A stretch of 64,000 bases of DNA from a virus. A model generated the notes under the pieces. That model saw nothing but the letters and a program-made list of their open reading frames with translations, was not told the origin of the DNA and ran no database searches. The translations under genes and the position numbers were made by a program. Shown here piece by piece: positions 29,899 to 39,628 of this stretch (within the stretch, counting starts at the first letter, position 1; each line of letters starts with the position of its first letter). Location of the stretch: IMG/VR virus record IMGVR_UViG_3300025326_000018, positions 1-64,000 of that record; one strand, 5' to 3'.

Positions 29899-30192
29899 TT
29901 AGGGCCACGTCTCATATTCAATATCCTCGCCCTGAAGGTAGTCCATCAGAACCGCCTTCGATACGCGCCACAGCAGTAGTGTATCCGCGCCAATTACATT
30001 GAAGTCGCCGTTCTTGCTGGTCAGGAAGAAGGCGCCGTCCTCTGCCTTGATCTCCTTAGGCGTTCCGGTTTTGTTGAAGATGCGAATTCTATCAACAAGG
30101 CAGTAAATCTTCTGCCCCGTCCGTCGAGTAACGTCAGCGCGCAACGGAATATCTCGAGCTGCAAGTAGTACGGCTAGTTTGTGTTCGGACAC
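29899..30192 (-). CDS. Hypothetical protein
   Basis: 97-aa ORF in the early operon. Confidence 0.55.
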   Translation of the reverse strand: MSEHKLAVLLAARDIPLRADVTRRTGQKIYCLVDRIRIFNKTGTPKEIKAEDGAFFLTSKNGDFNVIGADTLLLWRVSKAVLMDYLQGEDIEYETWP

Positions 30193-30348
30193 GGCGGAGA
30201 CTCCTCTCTTTCTAATTTGGTTGACAAATCAGCCAAGACTGGATGCGTGCAGAGTTTCATAGCCATCAGGAACATCTGATACTCCGCGCCCGTCGGGAAT
30301 GTAAAGATGACTTTGATGGACTTTGGCTTCTTCTGAATTGCTACGCGT

Positions 30349-30591
30349 TTAACTACTCCCATTGTCTTCCTTCTCCGCAGCTTTGGTGGAGGTCGCGTAG
30401 CCGACCAGGTGTACTTTCCAGGACTCATCGCCGACAATGCCAAGGAATGCTGTTGTGCGGTATTCAGACCAAACCTGCGTATTGGCAGAGAGGCCGAGAC
30501 CTTGTGGTGGTTCTCGAGGCTCACCAAAGCGTGAGGCTTCGACGTTTTTAGCGAGATACCACTCACCGTTGATTAGAATTGCGTAGACCAT
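30349..30591 (-). CDS. Hypothetical protein
   Basis: ACAGGAGA SD upstream; followed by a small ORF at 30362-30174. Confidence 0.55.
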   Translation of the reverse strand: MVYAILINGEWYLAKNVEASRFGEPREPPQGLGLSANTQVWSEYRTTAFLGIVGDESWKVHLVGYATSTKAAEKEDNGSS

Positions 30592-30794
30592 ACGTATTTT
30601 CTCCTGTGAAGGTTGCGGGCGACATTACATCGCCCGCAGACTGGTTATTTCGGTTGATTCGGTCCCGTGCGCTTGGGCCCAGCGATTCCTCCAGGCTTTG
30701 TCGGTGTAGGGGGTGTATCGGCCGGCTTCTCTTTTACGGGTTTACCTTTTCTGGGCATGCTACATATCCTTTGTTGTCTACTTCGACGTTTCGT

Positions 30795-30977
30795 TTAGTT
30801 GGGTGTGCGCGGCGCAGGCTGCGTAGTGCGTTGATGCACAGTACCAGCTCCGCCATTGTTGCCGAAGCGTCCGGCCGGACCATAGCTATCGGGAGTATCG
30901 AAAACATGCGAGGGACCATCACCTCCGGCACAGCCAATGAGGGTCAGAACCAGGGCCGCGAGTACAACGTATTTCAT
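30795..30977 (-). CDS. Small lipoprotein
   Basis: MKYVVLAALVLTLIG-C lipobox. Confidence 0.55.
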   Translation of the reverse strand: MKYVVLAALVLTLIGCAGGDGPSHVFDTPDSYGPAGRFGNNGGAGTVHQRTTQPAPRTPN

Positions 30978-31249
30978 TGTGTTTTCCTATGGTTGATAAG
31001 GAGAGCGGCGTTGGTTCGCCGCCTCGTCTTCTTCGCTGGGAATCTTATTTGGGTATGTTGCCCTTCGCGATGTCGCGATGTTGATTGGCCAGGTCGGTCA
31101 GACGTTCCTTCTGGGTGATATTCGTTGCCTGATCTGCCTTCTTCTGAGTGTCCCGCGCAAGGTGCGCGTGCTTCCTCGTATCCACCGCGCCTTTGTTGCT
31201 CGGGTCGTTGGTGTTCATGTGAACCTCCGTTTCTATGTCTACTTCATTT

Positions 31250-31282
31250 ATTATGTATAATGGAAAGGACGTAGTAACGCAA
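31250..31282 (-). promoter_or_regulatory. Repeated phage early promoter
   Basis: TTGCGT-N21-CATAAT. Confidence 0.65.
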
Positions 31283-31652
31283 GTAAAGTCTACGCGTTAT
31301 CCTTATTGATTGCGGTTACGGAAAAAGATGACAATCCAGCACCGAGCTTGTTTATCCCCTCGCCGAGCAGCAAGAAGAATCTCCACAGCCTTGGCTGGTG
31401 TGTGCCCTTCGGTCTTCAGTAGTTTATAGGTATGCGGAAACTTCATTGAATTTCTACCTAGTTGGTATCGCTGAATCGTACAGCTACGAGAGCGTACACT
31501 TTTTGAAGGTTTGCCACCTCTGCTACCACCTTCGGATCTTGTCTGGCAAGACCGCGATCTGGCTGATATTTGATTCCGAAGTTGCGAGAGACCGATCCGA
31601 CCTTGGTAATGCCTACAAGGGTAACTCGAGTGTGTAGTGTCATTAATACATC

Positions 31653-31907
31653 CTAGAAGGGAATTTCGTCGTCAGCATAAGTAGAAGGACGGAACGGACC
31701 ATATACATATTCGTCGTAATCGTCTTCTTCGGGATGGGGCACCTTTGGTCCGTGATAAAATGGGTTGGGGTACCAAGCATCGCGATTGGAAAGGATCCAG
31801 GCGCGGTCTGGGTTGTCAGCCCCGACGTTGTGCGCGTATTCACGATCGGCGGAAGCTTCGGTAGCGAGACCGCCGGATTCATCGTCTGGGTGAATGTAGT
31901 ACTGCAT
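31653..31907 (-). CDS. Acidic hypothetical protein
   Basis: MQYYIHP...NPFYHGPKVPHPE...DDEIPF; CAGGAGA SD. Confidence 0.6.
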   Translation of the reverse strand: MQYYIHPDDESGGLATEASADREYAHNVGADNPDRAWILSNRDAWYPNPFYHGPKVPHPEEDDYDEYVYGPFRPSTYADDEIPF

Positions 31908-32119
31908 TTTCTTTCTCCTGCTGGAGTATTTAGAATGGGACGGCGCCGGCGAGTTCAAGACAATCATCGAAGGATAGCGGTCCGCCCCGAGCTTCCATCG
32001 CATCTTGCAGTTCGATGTAGTAGGCTTGGTCCATCAGGCGGGCCATATAGTCGTCGAAATTATCAGCGGTATGAATTGGGTGCGTCATCTTCTTCTCCGT
32101 TGCGTTCGTCTACCTGTGA

Positions 32120-32152
32120 TTTATGTGTAAGGTAAAGCTCATACAAACGCAA
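32120..32152 (-). promoter_or_regulatory. Repeated phage early promoter
   Basis: TTGCGT-N17-TACACA-TAAA. Confidence 0.65.
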
Positions 32153-32426
32153 CGGAGAATTTTAAGTGATGTAGAAATTTACCCCTGGTTCGGTTTGTGG
32201 AGATGTGCAGTCTCTTCTTTCCATTCAATCCTCGACCAGGGGAAGCGATCGGTGATCAGCTCGTTCATACGAATGTACCCATCAAGCGTGTCCCAGGGCT
32301 TCGTCGGAAACACAAGCTTGATGCGGTCGTCCAAATCAACCATGAGGCAGGGCGGTATAATGACGTGCATGGATTTGTTCCTGTGGGAAGGTGGGCGGAG
32401 AGTGTCTCCCCGCCCGTGCAGTTAGA

Positions 32427-32669
32427 TCAGGTGCGGCTTTGGAAGTTCTTGACCAGCCACCGTGCGAACTCATTTTCGGTCTTCCAGGGCAATCCGGGAG
32501 CTTCGGTGAGCAGCGCAAAGTAGTTTTTTGAGAAGTCGGTTGCGTCCTTGCTGAGGGCAACGTCGATTTGTTCGTCGGTCACCTTTTCCCAGTCGAGTTT
32601 GGCGTAGTTCTCGTTCTGGTAGTTGAAGAACAGGTCCGAGATCAGAGCTACGCGAGTTATTGGATCCAT
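32427..32669 (-). CDS. Hypothetical protein
   Basis: CAGGAGA SD; promoter TTGCGT-N17-TATAAA at 32735-32707. Confidence 0.6.
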   Translation of the reverse strand: MDPITRVALISDLFFNYQNENYAKLDWEKVTDEQIDVALSKDATDFSKNYFALLTEAPGLPWKTENEFARWLVKNFQSRT

Positions 32670-32855
32670 TGTTTATCTCCTGTGGTGCGCATCATCGCGC
32701 AAGGCCTTTATAGTAGGTAAAGTACGCGCACGCAAGCCTGTAGGCGGTCTGGTAGAAAAGAAGTCAAAAAGAAACCCCCGACCGCGAAGTCGGAGGCTCA
32801 TTCGTTGTACCCGATTTTCCCCGTACGCATGATAACGCCCCTCCCGTAGAGGGTG

Positions 32856-33125
32856 TTATGCTACCAAGCGGACACGAGCCCGCGGGCCCAAGGGTTTGGC
32901 GCGGAGGCTCTGAGTCTTTGCCCATACTGCTACGTCGGCAGGATGGAACCGAACCGAGTGCCGAACGTTATCGCGTGGACCACCCTTGATCTCAATCGAG
33001 GGTAGGTTGCGATCTTTCCTCCAGGTGTAGACAGTCATCGCCGTCACGCGAAACATGTCACAAATATCGTGAACGGTCAGCAATTGATTCAGAGCGTTCT
33101 GCAGGTCTTTACTATCTGCCAGCAT
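32856..33125 (-). CDS. Excisionase/AlpA-like HTH DNA-binding protein
   Basis: LLTVHDICDMFRVTAMTVYTWRK...VRFHPADVAVW. Confidence 0.8.
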   Translation of the reverse strand: MLADSKDLQNALNQLLTVHDICDMFRVTAMTVYTWRKDRNLPSIEIKGGPRDNVRHSVRFHPADVAVWAKTQSLRAKPLGPRARVRLVA

Positions 33126-33153
33126 TGTCTATCTCCTAACTTCGCATATTGCT

Positions 33154-33182
33154 TATATAATCCGTTTTGGGCGATAGGTCAA
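33154..33182 (-). promoter_or_regulatory. Sigma70-type promoter of the HTH gene
   Basis: TTGACC-N17-TATATA. Confidence 0.7.
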
Positions 33183-33498
33183 TAATTTGCCGCTTGACCT
33201 AATGGATAGACGAACTTATGCTCTTTTTGCGGGCGACATGCCCAATCTCGTCCGCTCCCGGAAGTGCCGGATCTCTCCGACCCTCGCGTCTCCTAGCCCC
33301 CCTGGAGAACACCGCCTAGAGAGATCCGGCATTTTACTGTGTGAAGTCTTTCTGCAATTGGACCGCGAATCTGGCTCAATCGCTCGCGCAGCGAGCTATT
33401 CCCCGGTATCGCTAGCGGAGATCCAGGAACACGAGTCTTTCGCAGGCTCTGCCGCGATCTCGCAGCCTTCCCAGCCCTTCCCTCCTTCGAATTGCAAT

Positions 33499-33532
33499 AA
33501 TTTTCACATTACGAAAATTTAATGTGAAAATT
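33499..33532. promoter_or_regulatory. 13-8-13 inverted repeat (lox-like geometry or operator)
   Basis: AATTTTCACATTA-CGAAAATT-TAATGTGAAAATT. Confidence 0.6.
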
Positions 33533-34222
33533 CCGCAAAATACCCAAAAACCTGGAAATCCGTTCATATGTAATATTAGTCATCCAGAGTCCATGCGTGC
33601 AGCACTCAGCGAATGTCGCACCAGCACAGAGCACGCTTGATTTAGGTGACTCATAGCCAGGACCTTATGTCCCCTACCGCATGTGAGAATGTGCAAGGAA
33701 AGATGACGAAGGGCATCGTCGCGACAACTGTTAGGAAAAATCCTAACTATGGAGTGTGGAAAAAGCTCGAGAAGAACCACACCCGGAGCAGGCTCTGGCA
33801 ACTTCCAACCTGCGTGACACGTAGAACCTGTTGATAGAAGAGCTCGTTCTACAGTCCTTAGATGGACAGTCTCCGTTGCTTTAGTGCAAGCTGTATGTAA
33901 AGGTGAGAGAGTGACCCCACCTATCCTGACTAGACTCAGGTTGTACACTTCTAGCGCAGTCAGTAGATTGAATGGATCTTAGAAGTGTTCTTATAAAAAG
34001 ACATTCTAATGATTTCCTCTCTACTTGCTGTATGGCGCTCCCTCACGGCCTCAGGTGATGAGAGAACTGTAGTTGTCCCCATCATTAGGGGCAAGCTATG
34101 GTTCAGCCCTACGGGTTCCTAGGTGATAATATACATCTTAGGTTATAAATTATAGAATAGGAATAAGATACTTCGCGCGAAGAAATAACAGTTCACAGTG
34201 AAGTATGAATTAGGGGGTATCG

Positions 34223-35571
34223 ATGCGGAAGCTTTATCATAGAAGTAGAAACGAGTACTTATCGACAGATACAGGATTTGTTGGCTTGGAAGGTCCAACT
34301 AAAGTAGGTAAACCTTGTCCTAAATGTAGAAGACAGATGTTTAGGAAATGGCGACCAGCGCTGTGGACAGCAAAAGCGAAACAGCCGTATTACTTTCGGT
34401 ACTGGGATATATGTCAACCTTGTAAGCATATTCAGCACTACGAGGAAGCGAAGGTTTTTGTTGACCAAAGCCGTTCTGCCTCGAAGAAGGTCTGAAGAAC
34501 GATAGCCCCGCAAGGAAATACAGGTTTCTTAGCTTTTCCGCTTGCGAGTTTTCTCGGGTTCCGTTAAGCCAAATGAACTTTGCCATTAAGCCAAATAGAC
34601 AGGAGGTTGAGGTGAAAAGGACTAAGTACACGGGACCACATCGCTGCTCTTGGCACAAGCCAGATAACCTCGATTTTCTTTCTGCATCTGCTGATGCTGA
34701 GGAACGCCTAGCGAATGGCGAGCTGCAACGTCAATGTCCAGTCTGCCATCTTTGGCACTGGCGCCATGAATGGGGCAACGAACCCAAAGGACTCAACCTT
34801 CCGATGGTCCTCGCGCAAGAAGGTGAGACGCACATAGAGAAGGAGGAATAGATTGTGGATATTGTTACCAGCGATCGTGGTTTGGAATACATTCACTTCA
34901 AGGAGGGTACTGATTCTACGCAGAAATCACGTTTGGTATCACAGTCTTCGGTGGTAGGTGATTATACAGACAGTGCGAGTCGTCCAGGCAGCTCATATCT
35001 CTGGATTGGTGGTAACCATCATCTTTCTCGTGAGCAGGTTCGGGAACTGGTTCGGCATTTGAATAGCTGGTTGGAGACGGGCTCTCTCAGAAGTAAATAG
35101 TGAAGCAAAGACGCAGTAGGAGTAAATGATGCGCGGGCCCCAATCTTATCGCATGCTCAAGGACTCGACGGTTCAACCCGAGGTCAAGGCTGGGACGATT
35201 GTTTACCGCTGCGCGAAATGCGACTACGGTCTCGCAAGCGACGACTCGTGGTTGACAAAGATTCCGCACATCTCAGTAACTCTGAATGCTGACGGCGACT
35301 ACCCGTTCTTCACCGTTCCTGAATGTGACCTCGAAGCCACTGGAGAAGACGAATGACATTAGAGCGCATAGAGGCTTTGCTCGCTGCATCACACAAGCGT
35401 GAGCGCCTTATGTGGATTGCGGGAGGTCTTGTCTATCAACACCTCTCGGAGAAAGCCGACCTTGTAGCAATGCGCCGCGTCCCGCGATACGAGAACGTGG
35501 CTGAGAACTTACGCAGATTTGCCGTTGATTGTTTTGACATCGCCGTCCGGCAAGGTTTTGTCGACTGCTGA
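34223..35571 (+). other. Run of five small hypothetical ORFs (34223-34495, 34573-34851, 34855-35100, 35126-35356, 35353-35571), three with CxxC motifs
   Basis: Closely spaced plus-strand ORFs; CPKC/CQPC, CPVC, CAKC. Confidence 0.5.
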
Positions 35572-35588
35572 CGTGATTCATATGTAAT

Positions 35589-36110
35589 GTGTATCAGGAT
35601 TGTGAACCGATGACTTCTAAGAAAACATCGAGGTATTTGGAAATGGAAGCAGTGACTCGGACTAAGGTTTTTATCACCTGGAGCGAAGTTGAATTCCAAT
35701 GTAGGAATCTGCATAGTCAGATCAAGGACCATCGCATTGGGCCGCACCTGAAGACGATTATAGCGATCGCGCGCGGTGGTATGGTTCCAGCGACGATGCT
35801 CGCGCACGCGCTTGGCACTCAACGTCTCCAGTCAATCTCGATTTCTTCGTATGTCAACGACCTCAAGAAAGATCTGGTCGTCGACCCTATCCCCGATTAC
35901 ATCAAATCGATATGCAACGAGAGTACTGTGCTCTTCGTTGACGATATTGTCGACTCCGGCGCCACGCTTGGTTTCATCAAGAGCACGTTTCCCAAGGCGC
36001 ACTTCGCGTCTATGATTACCAAGGCTCCTGCCATCTATCCCGATTATTTCTGCGCTTCCATTCGGACTTCGGATGATTGGGTGGTTTTTCCTTGGGAGAA
36101 GACTTCGTAG
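35589..36110 (+). CDS. Purine phosphoribosyltransferase (Gpt/Hpt-like)
   Basis: IIAIARGGMVPA, PRPP loop VLFVDDIVDSGATL, WVVFPWE. Confidence 0.9.
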   Translation: MYQDCEPMTSKKTSRYLEMEAVTRTKVFITWSEVEFQCRNLHSQIKDHRIGPHLKTIIAIARGGMVPATMLAHALGTQRLQSISISSYVNDLKKDLVVDPIPDYIKSICNESTVLFVDDIVDSGATLGFIKSTFPKAHFASMITKAPAIYPDYFCASIRTSDDWVVFPWEKTS

Positions 36111-36124
36111 TAGATTGGAGTCCT

Positions 36125-37708
36125 GATTGAATTGACGAACGCGATCGAGTTATATTGCGGTAGCGATCTGAATGACCTGACCGAAGTAGATAACGAGAGT
36201 GACCTGGGGGATCAGATTGAAGTGTTACACGAGAGAGAACTGACACCACGGATTGAGTTAATCGAGCTGATTGAATTGTGGACTGCGACCGAGTTATGAA
36301 AGTTGACGGATTTGAGGAAGTGGATCGAATTTAGAGACCAGAGTGATCTGCATGACAAAACTGATTTGTACAATGCGATAGATATGCTGAGACGGAGAGA
36401 GTTAGGGTTACGGATAGAACTGCGAGATAGGATCGAGTTGCACCGACCTATAGAACTATGACAGGTGACCGAGTTAAGCCCTCTGATAGAATTGTAGACG
36501 GTGACCGAGTTTACGAGATCGATAGAATTGTGGGATACGAACGAAGTTCTGGTCCGGAATGATCTGATAGAACCGATTGAGTTGTGGACGAGAAGCGAAC
36601 TGTTAGGTACTGATCGAAGTGCTGGGCGGAAGCGAACTGATACAAGCGATTGAGTTGTCGGAAATGATAGAATTGCTTTCCTAGAACGAGTCGGAATGGT
36701 AGAGTGAACTGTATCGCAGAAGCGAAGTGTGGGCCTCGAATGAACTGTCGATTATGATTGAGTTGTTGTGAACGATAGAACTGCATTGCAAGAACGAAGT
36801 GTTTGGCGCGAGTGAATTGTGCTCCTAGATTGAGTTTTTCACCAAGAGAGAACTGTTCAAGCAGAACGAGTTAGCGGGACGGTGAGAACTGTTTTAGGGG
36901 ATCGAGTTTTCGGAGATGAAAGAACTGCTGAAGTCGAGCGAGCTGCTCACCTTGACGGAACTGTTACACGAGAGCGAACTAGAAGATCAGAGTGAACTGT
37001 TGAAAAAGAATGAGTTGTGTCCGAAAATAGAATTGTGAAGGGCGACCGAGTTATGTTCGAAGATGGAACTGTGAAAGGCGACCGAAGTATAAGTATCGAT
37101 AGAAATGCACCAAGTGATTGAGATTCGACTTTGGATTGATATGTTATAGGAGATCGAGATTCCGGAAGCGATAGAACTGCGGGACCGAATCGAGGTAGAC
37201 GGCTAGAGAGATCTGTAGCGACCGATTGAGTTTCATCAAAGGATAGAACTGTACTATGCGACCGACTACTTGTAGGATATGATAGACATGCGCATTGCGA
37301 AGGAAGTGTTTGCTTGGAGTGATCTGTAAATCGGGAATGAGTTAATACTAGGGATAGAACTGTATGTGGTGAGCGAATTTCCAGACATGAGAGAACTGCA
37401 TTGCAGGAATGAGTAGGAATGGTAGAATGAACTGTAACGCAAGAACGAATTGTGCGATATGACAGAACTGCGGTATCGAGAATGAGTTGAGTATGGCGAC
37501 TGAATTGTATTTCGAGAACGAATTAAGCAGCTTGAGAGAACTCCTGTCCTACAGTGAATTGCAGGTCCAGATAGAATTGGGCACAATGACTGAGGTGTGA
37601 AGGTACAGTGAACTGTTACAAGTGAACGAATTTCGGGAACTGATAGAACTGTTGTATGGGAATGAAGTATCTGTGCTGTGAGATTGAACTGCTACCTGCG
37701 ATAGATCG
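36125..37708 (+). repeat. TIGR-like dual-repeat array 1 (88 nine-nt repeats, about 44 units of 36 nt)
   Basis: GAnnGAnnT repeats every 18 nt, alternating GATAGAACT(G)-type and GAYYGAGTT-type, separated by 9-nt variable spacers; four register slips (+1,+3,+1,+4). Confidence 0.9.
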
Positions 37709-37717
37709 CGAAGGAGA

Positions 37718-38623
37718 ATGAATATGTTGACTGTTGATGACATCGATAGTTTGGCTATCGAGCGCTTGAGAAAAGACCTGCGCGAAGCGGCCAAGACTAT
37801 GGGTCCTGACCAGGCCAGGTTTCTGGTCGACCATTACTACTCCATTCAGAACTACCGCAAGAGCGCGGCCAATCAGCAGCGTTCCCTGGCTGAGGCGCAA
37901 GAGCCGATTGACGTACTGAAATGGTTCTACGAGCAGAGCGACAAACTCGAGACGTATGTGAAGACAGCGCTCGATGTTTACGCCCACAACCATCCTGTTG
38001 GTAAGTGGATGCTTGGTATCAAGGGTATCGGCCCGGTTATCACGGCAGGGCTGCTCGCGCATATCGATATCGAGAAGGCTCCGACAGTCGGCCACATCTG
38101 GCGGTTCGCAGGTATGGACAGCACGGTGGTCTGGGAGAAGGGGCAGAAGCGACCTTGGAACGGACGTCTGAAGGTGCTCTGCTGGAAGATCGGCGATAGC
38201 TTTGTTAAGCAGTCCACCGGAGAGAACCCCAGCCCGTACGGCATCCGCTACCGCGCGTGGAAGGACGAATATGTCAAGCGGAATGCGCAGGGCGACTACG
38301 CAGAACTGGCTGCCGAGACTTTGGTCTCTCGAAAGTTCCGTGCGGACTCTGATGCCATCCAGCACTATAAAGAAGGGAAGCTGCCTCCCGGCCGTCTCGA
38401 GTTGCGCGCGCGACGTAAGGCTACGAAGTTGTTCCTGAGTCACATGCATGATTTCTGGTATCGGACGCACTTCAAAACTGATCCTCCGGTGCCTTACGTC
38501 ATCGAACATCTGGGGCATACGCACTTCATTCCCCGCCCCGACCTGATTCCCAAAGAGCAGTGGCCTGTGAATTTCGGTCGCCTTCCCTGCGGGAGAATTC
38601 ATCAGCACGTCGCGGCCGAGTGA
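37718..38623 (+). CDS. IS110/Nop-domain RNA-binding protein lacking a RuvC domain (TasA-like)
   Basis: GIKGIGPVITAGLLAHI, WRFAG, RARRKATKLFL resemble the IS110 C-terminal/Nop domain; no N-terminal DEDD domain; no PxxxxSG serine loop; flanked by arrays. Confidence 0.85.
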   Translation: MNMLTVDDIDSLAIERLRKDLREAAKTMGPDQARFLVDHYYSIQNYRKSAANQQRSLAEAQEPIDVLKWFYEQSDKLETYVKTALDVYAHNHPVGKWMLGIKGIGPVITAGLLAHIDIEKAPTVGHIWRFAGMDSTVVWEKGQKRPWNGRLKVLCWKIGDSFVKQSTGENPSPYGIRYRAWKDEYVKRNAQGDYAELAAETLVSRKFRADSDAIQHYKEGKLPPGRLELRARRKATKLFLSHMHDFWYRTHFKTDPPVPYVIEHLGHTHFIPRPDLIPKEQWPVNFGRLPCGRIHQHVAAE

Positions 38624-38709
38624 TGCCCGATTTGTCGTTTTTTCCAGTAGCCCTCGTGATTCTCGTAATAGGGCTGCTCATACTGGGGAAGATTTGGAGA
38701 CTCTGGTAG
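38623..38709 (+). CDS. 28-aa hydrophobic peptide translationally coupled to the Tas-like gene
   Basis: TGATG overlap; MPDLSFFPVALVILVIGLLILGKIWRLW. Confidence 0.5.
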   Translation: MPDLSFFPVALVILVIGLLILGKIWRLW

Positions 38710-38720
38710 TTGCATGTCGT

Positions 38721-39100
38721 GATTGAATTGTAGAGTATAAACGAGTTGCATGCACCGTGTGAACTGTATATCAGGACTGAGTTTAATGAGTGGATAGATC
38801 TGCATTGTTGGACCGAGTTGCAAACGCTGTGTGAACTGTTGACTGATACCGAGTTTGTGCGAACAGATAGAATTGTATTGCTAGACCGAAGTTGTATAGA
38901 CGGATAGAAGTGCATCACAGGATCGAGCTACGCGTAGGGATAGAACTGTGTATCGCGATCGAGATGGGCGTAAAGAGAGAACTGACGAACATGATCGAGT
39001 TGCCTTTCGTGGATTGATTTGATTGATGAGACCGAGCTACCCGCTTGGACAGAACTGAGGTTCGCGATCGAAGTTATCAGCGCGAGTGATCTGCAAGACT
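38721..39100 (+). repeat. TIGR-like dual-repeat array 2 (21 repeats, about 10 units)
   Basis: Same repeats and 18-nt period as array 1; three +1 slips. Confidence 0.88.
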
Positions 39101-39163
39101 GTATTGACACGTAGAATGTGATAGGGAGGTTGGGTCTGGGGCTCAGCCTTCCTTGATCTTTAA

Positions 39164-39628
39164 ATGAGGGTTACGATGTTTCCAGGAGTTGTTTCCATTC
39201 GCGTTGTTGTTCGCCGTTCGGAACATACTTCGCCTTCTACTATCCTGTTGTTGAAAGATGCAGAGGGTCGGTTCGCCGGTCAGTGGCGACTCCCCGGCGG
39301 TGAGTACCGGGGTGTTCAACATACTTGCGAGGCGAGTGCTGCAATCATACTTTTTCAGGAGACTGAATTTACTGTACGACCGAAGGATCTGCGGTTGCAG
39401 TTTGTTGCAGGTGAGCCACATCGCGATCCGTCACAGAGAGACCTCGCGATGGTCTACCGAGTTGATTTTCGCGAGCATTGGACATTTCTTAACAACCCTC
39501 GACATGCTCAGCAGGAGGTAACATTTCGCTGGGTTCCGCAATCTGAGATTCTACTTAATACGTTCGGTCCGATAGCTCTCGATCACAGTTCTCTCGTGCG
39601 GCGCGCTATCACTGGGTTTTCTATATAG
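39164..39628 (+). CDS. Nudix hydrolase (NrtR/ADP-ribose pyrophosphatase-like) with degenerate Nudix box
   Basis: GQWRLPGG...FQETEF, RDPSQRDLAMVY, PIALDH. Confidence 0.7.
   Translation: MRVTMFPGVVSIRVVVRRSEHTSPSTILLLKDAEGRFAGQWRLPGGEYRGVQHTCEASAAIILFQETEFTVRPKDLRLQFVAGEPHRDPSQRDLAMVYRVDFREHWTFLNNPRHAQQEVTFRWVPQSEILLNTFGPIALDHSSLVRRAITGFSI

Noticed and set aside
33187-33948. ORFs 33187-33522, 33580-33948 and 33646-33834 in the divergent region
   Set aside because: No SD or recognisable motifs, and they overlap palindromic elements; treated as non-coding.
37434-37442. Spacer GTAACGCAA matches the -35 region of the promoter at 31274-31282 (self-targeting?)
   Set aside because: With about 100 nine-mers and 128 kb of searchable strand, dozens of chance hits are expected, and the partner spacer does not match the adjacent 9 bp.
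37718-38623. Active IS110 transposase
   Set aside because: No DEDD RuvC domain, no catalytic-serine loop, no IS-like ends; flanked instead by periodic arrays.
36125-39100. CRISPR array or Ser/Asn-rich minus-strand ORFs (36511-36786, 37266-37586, 38526-38918)
   Set aside because: Repeats and spacers are only 9 nt and there are no cas genes. The minus-strand ORFs are by-products of reverse-complemented GAACT/GAGTT repeats, lack SDs and oppose the operon.
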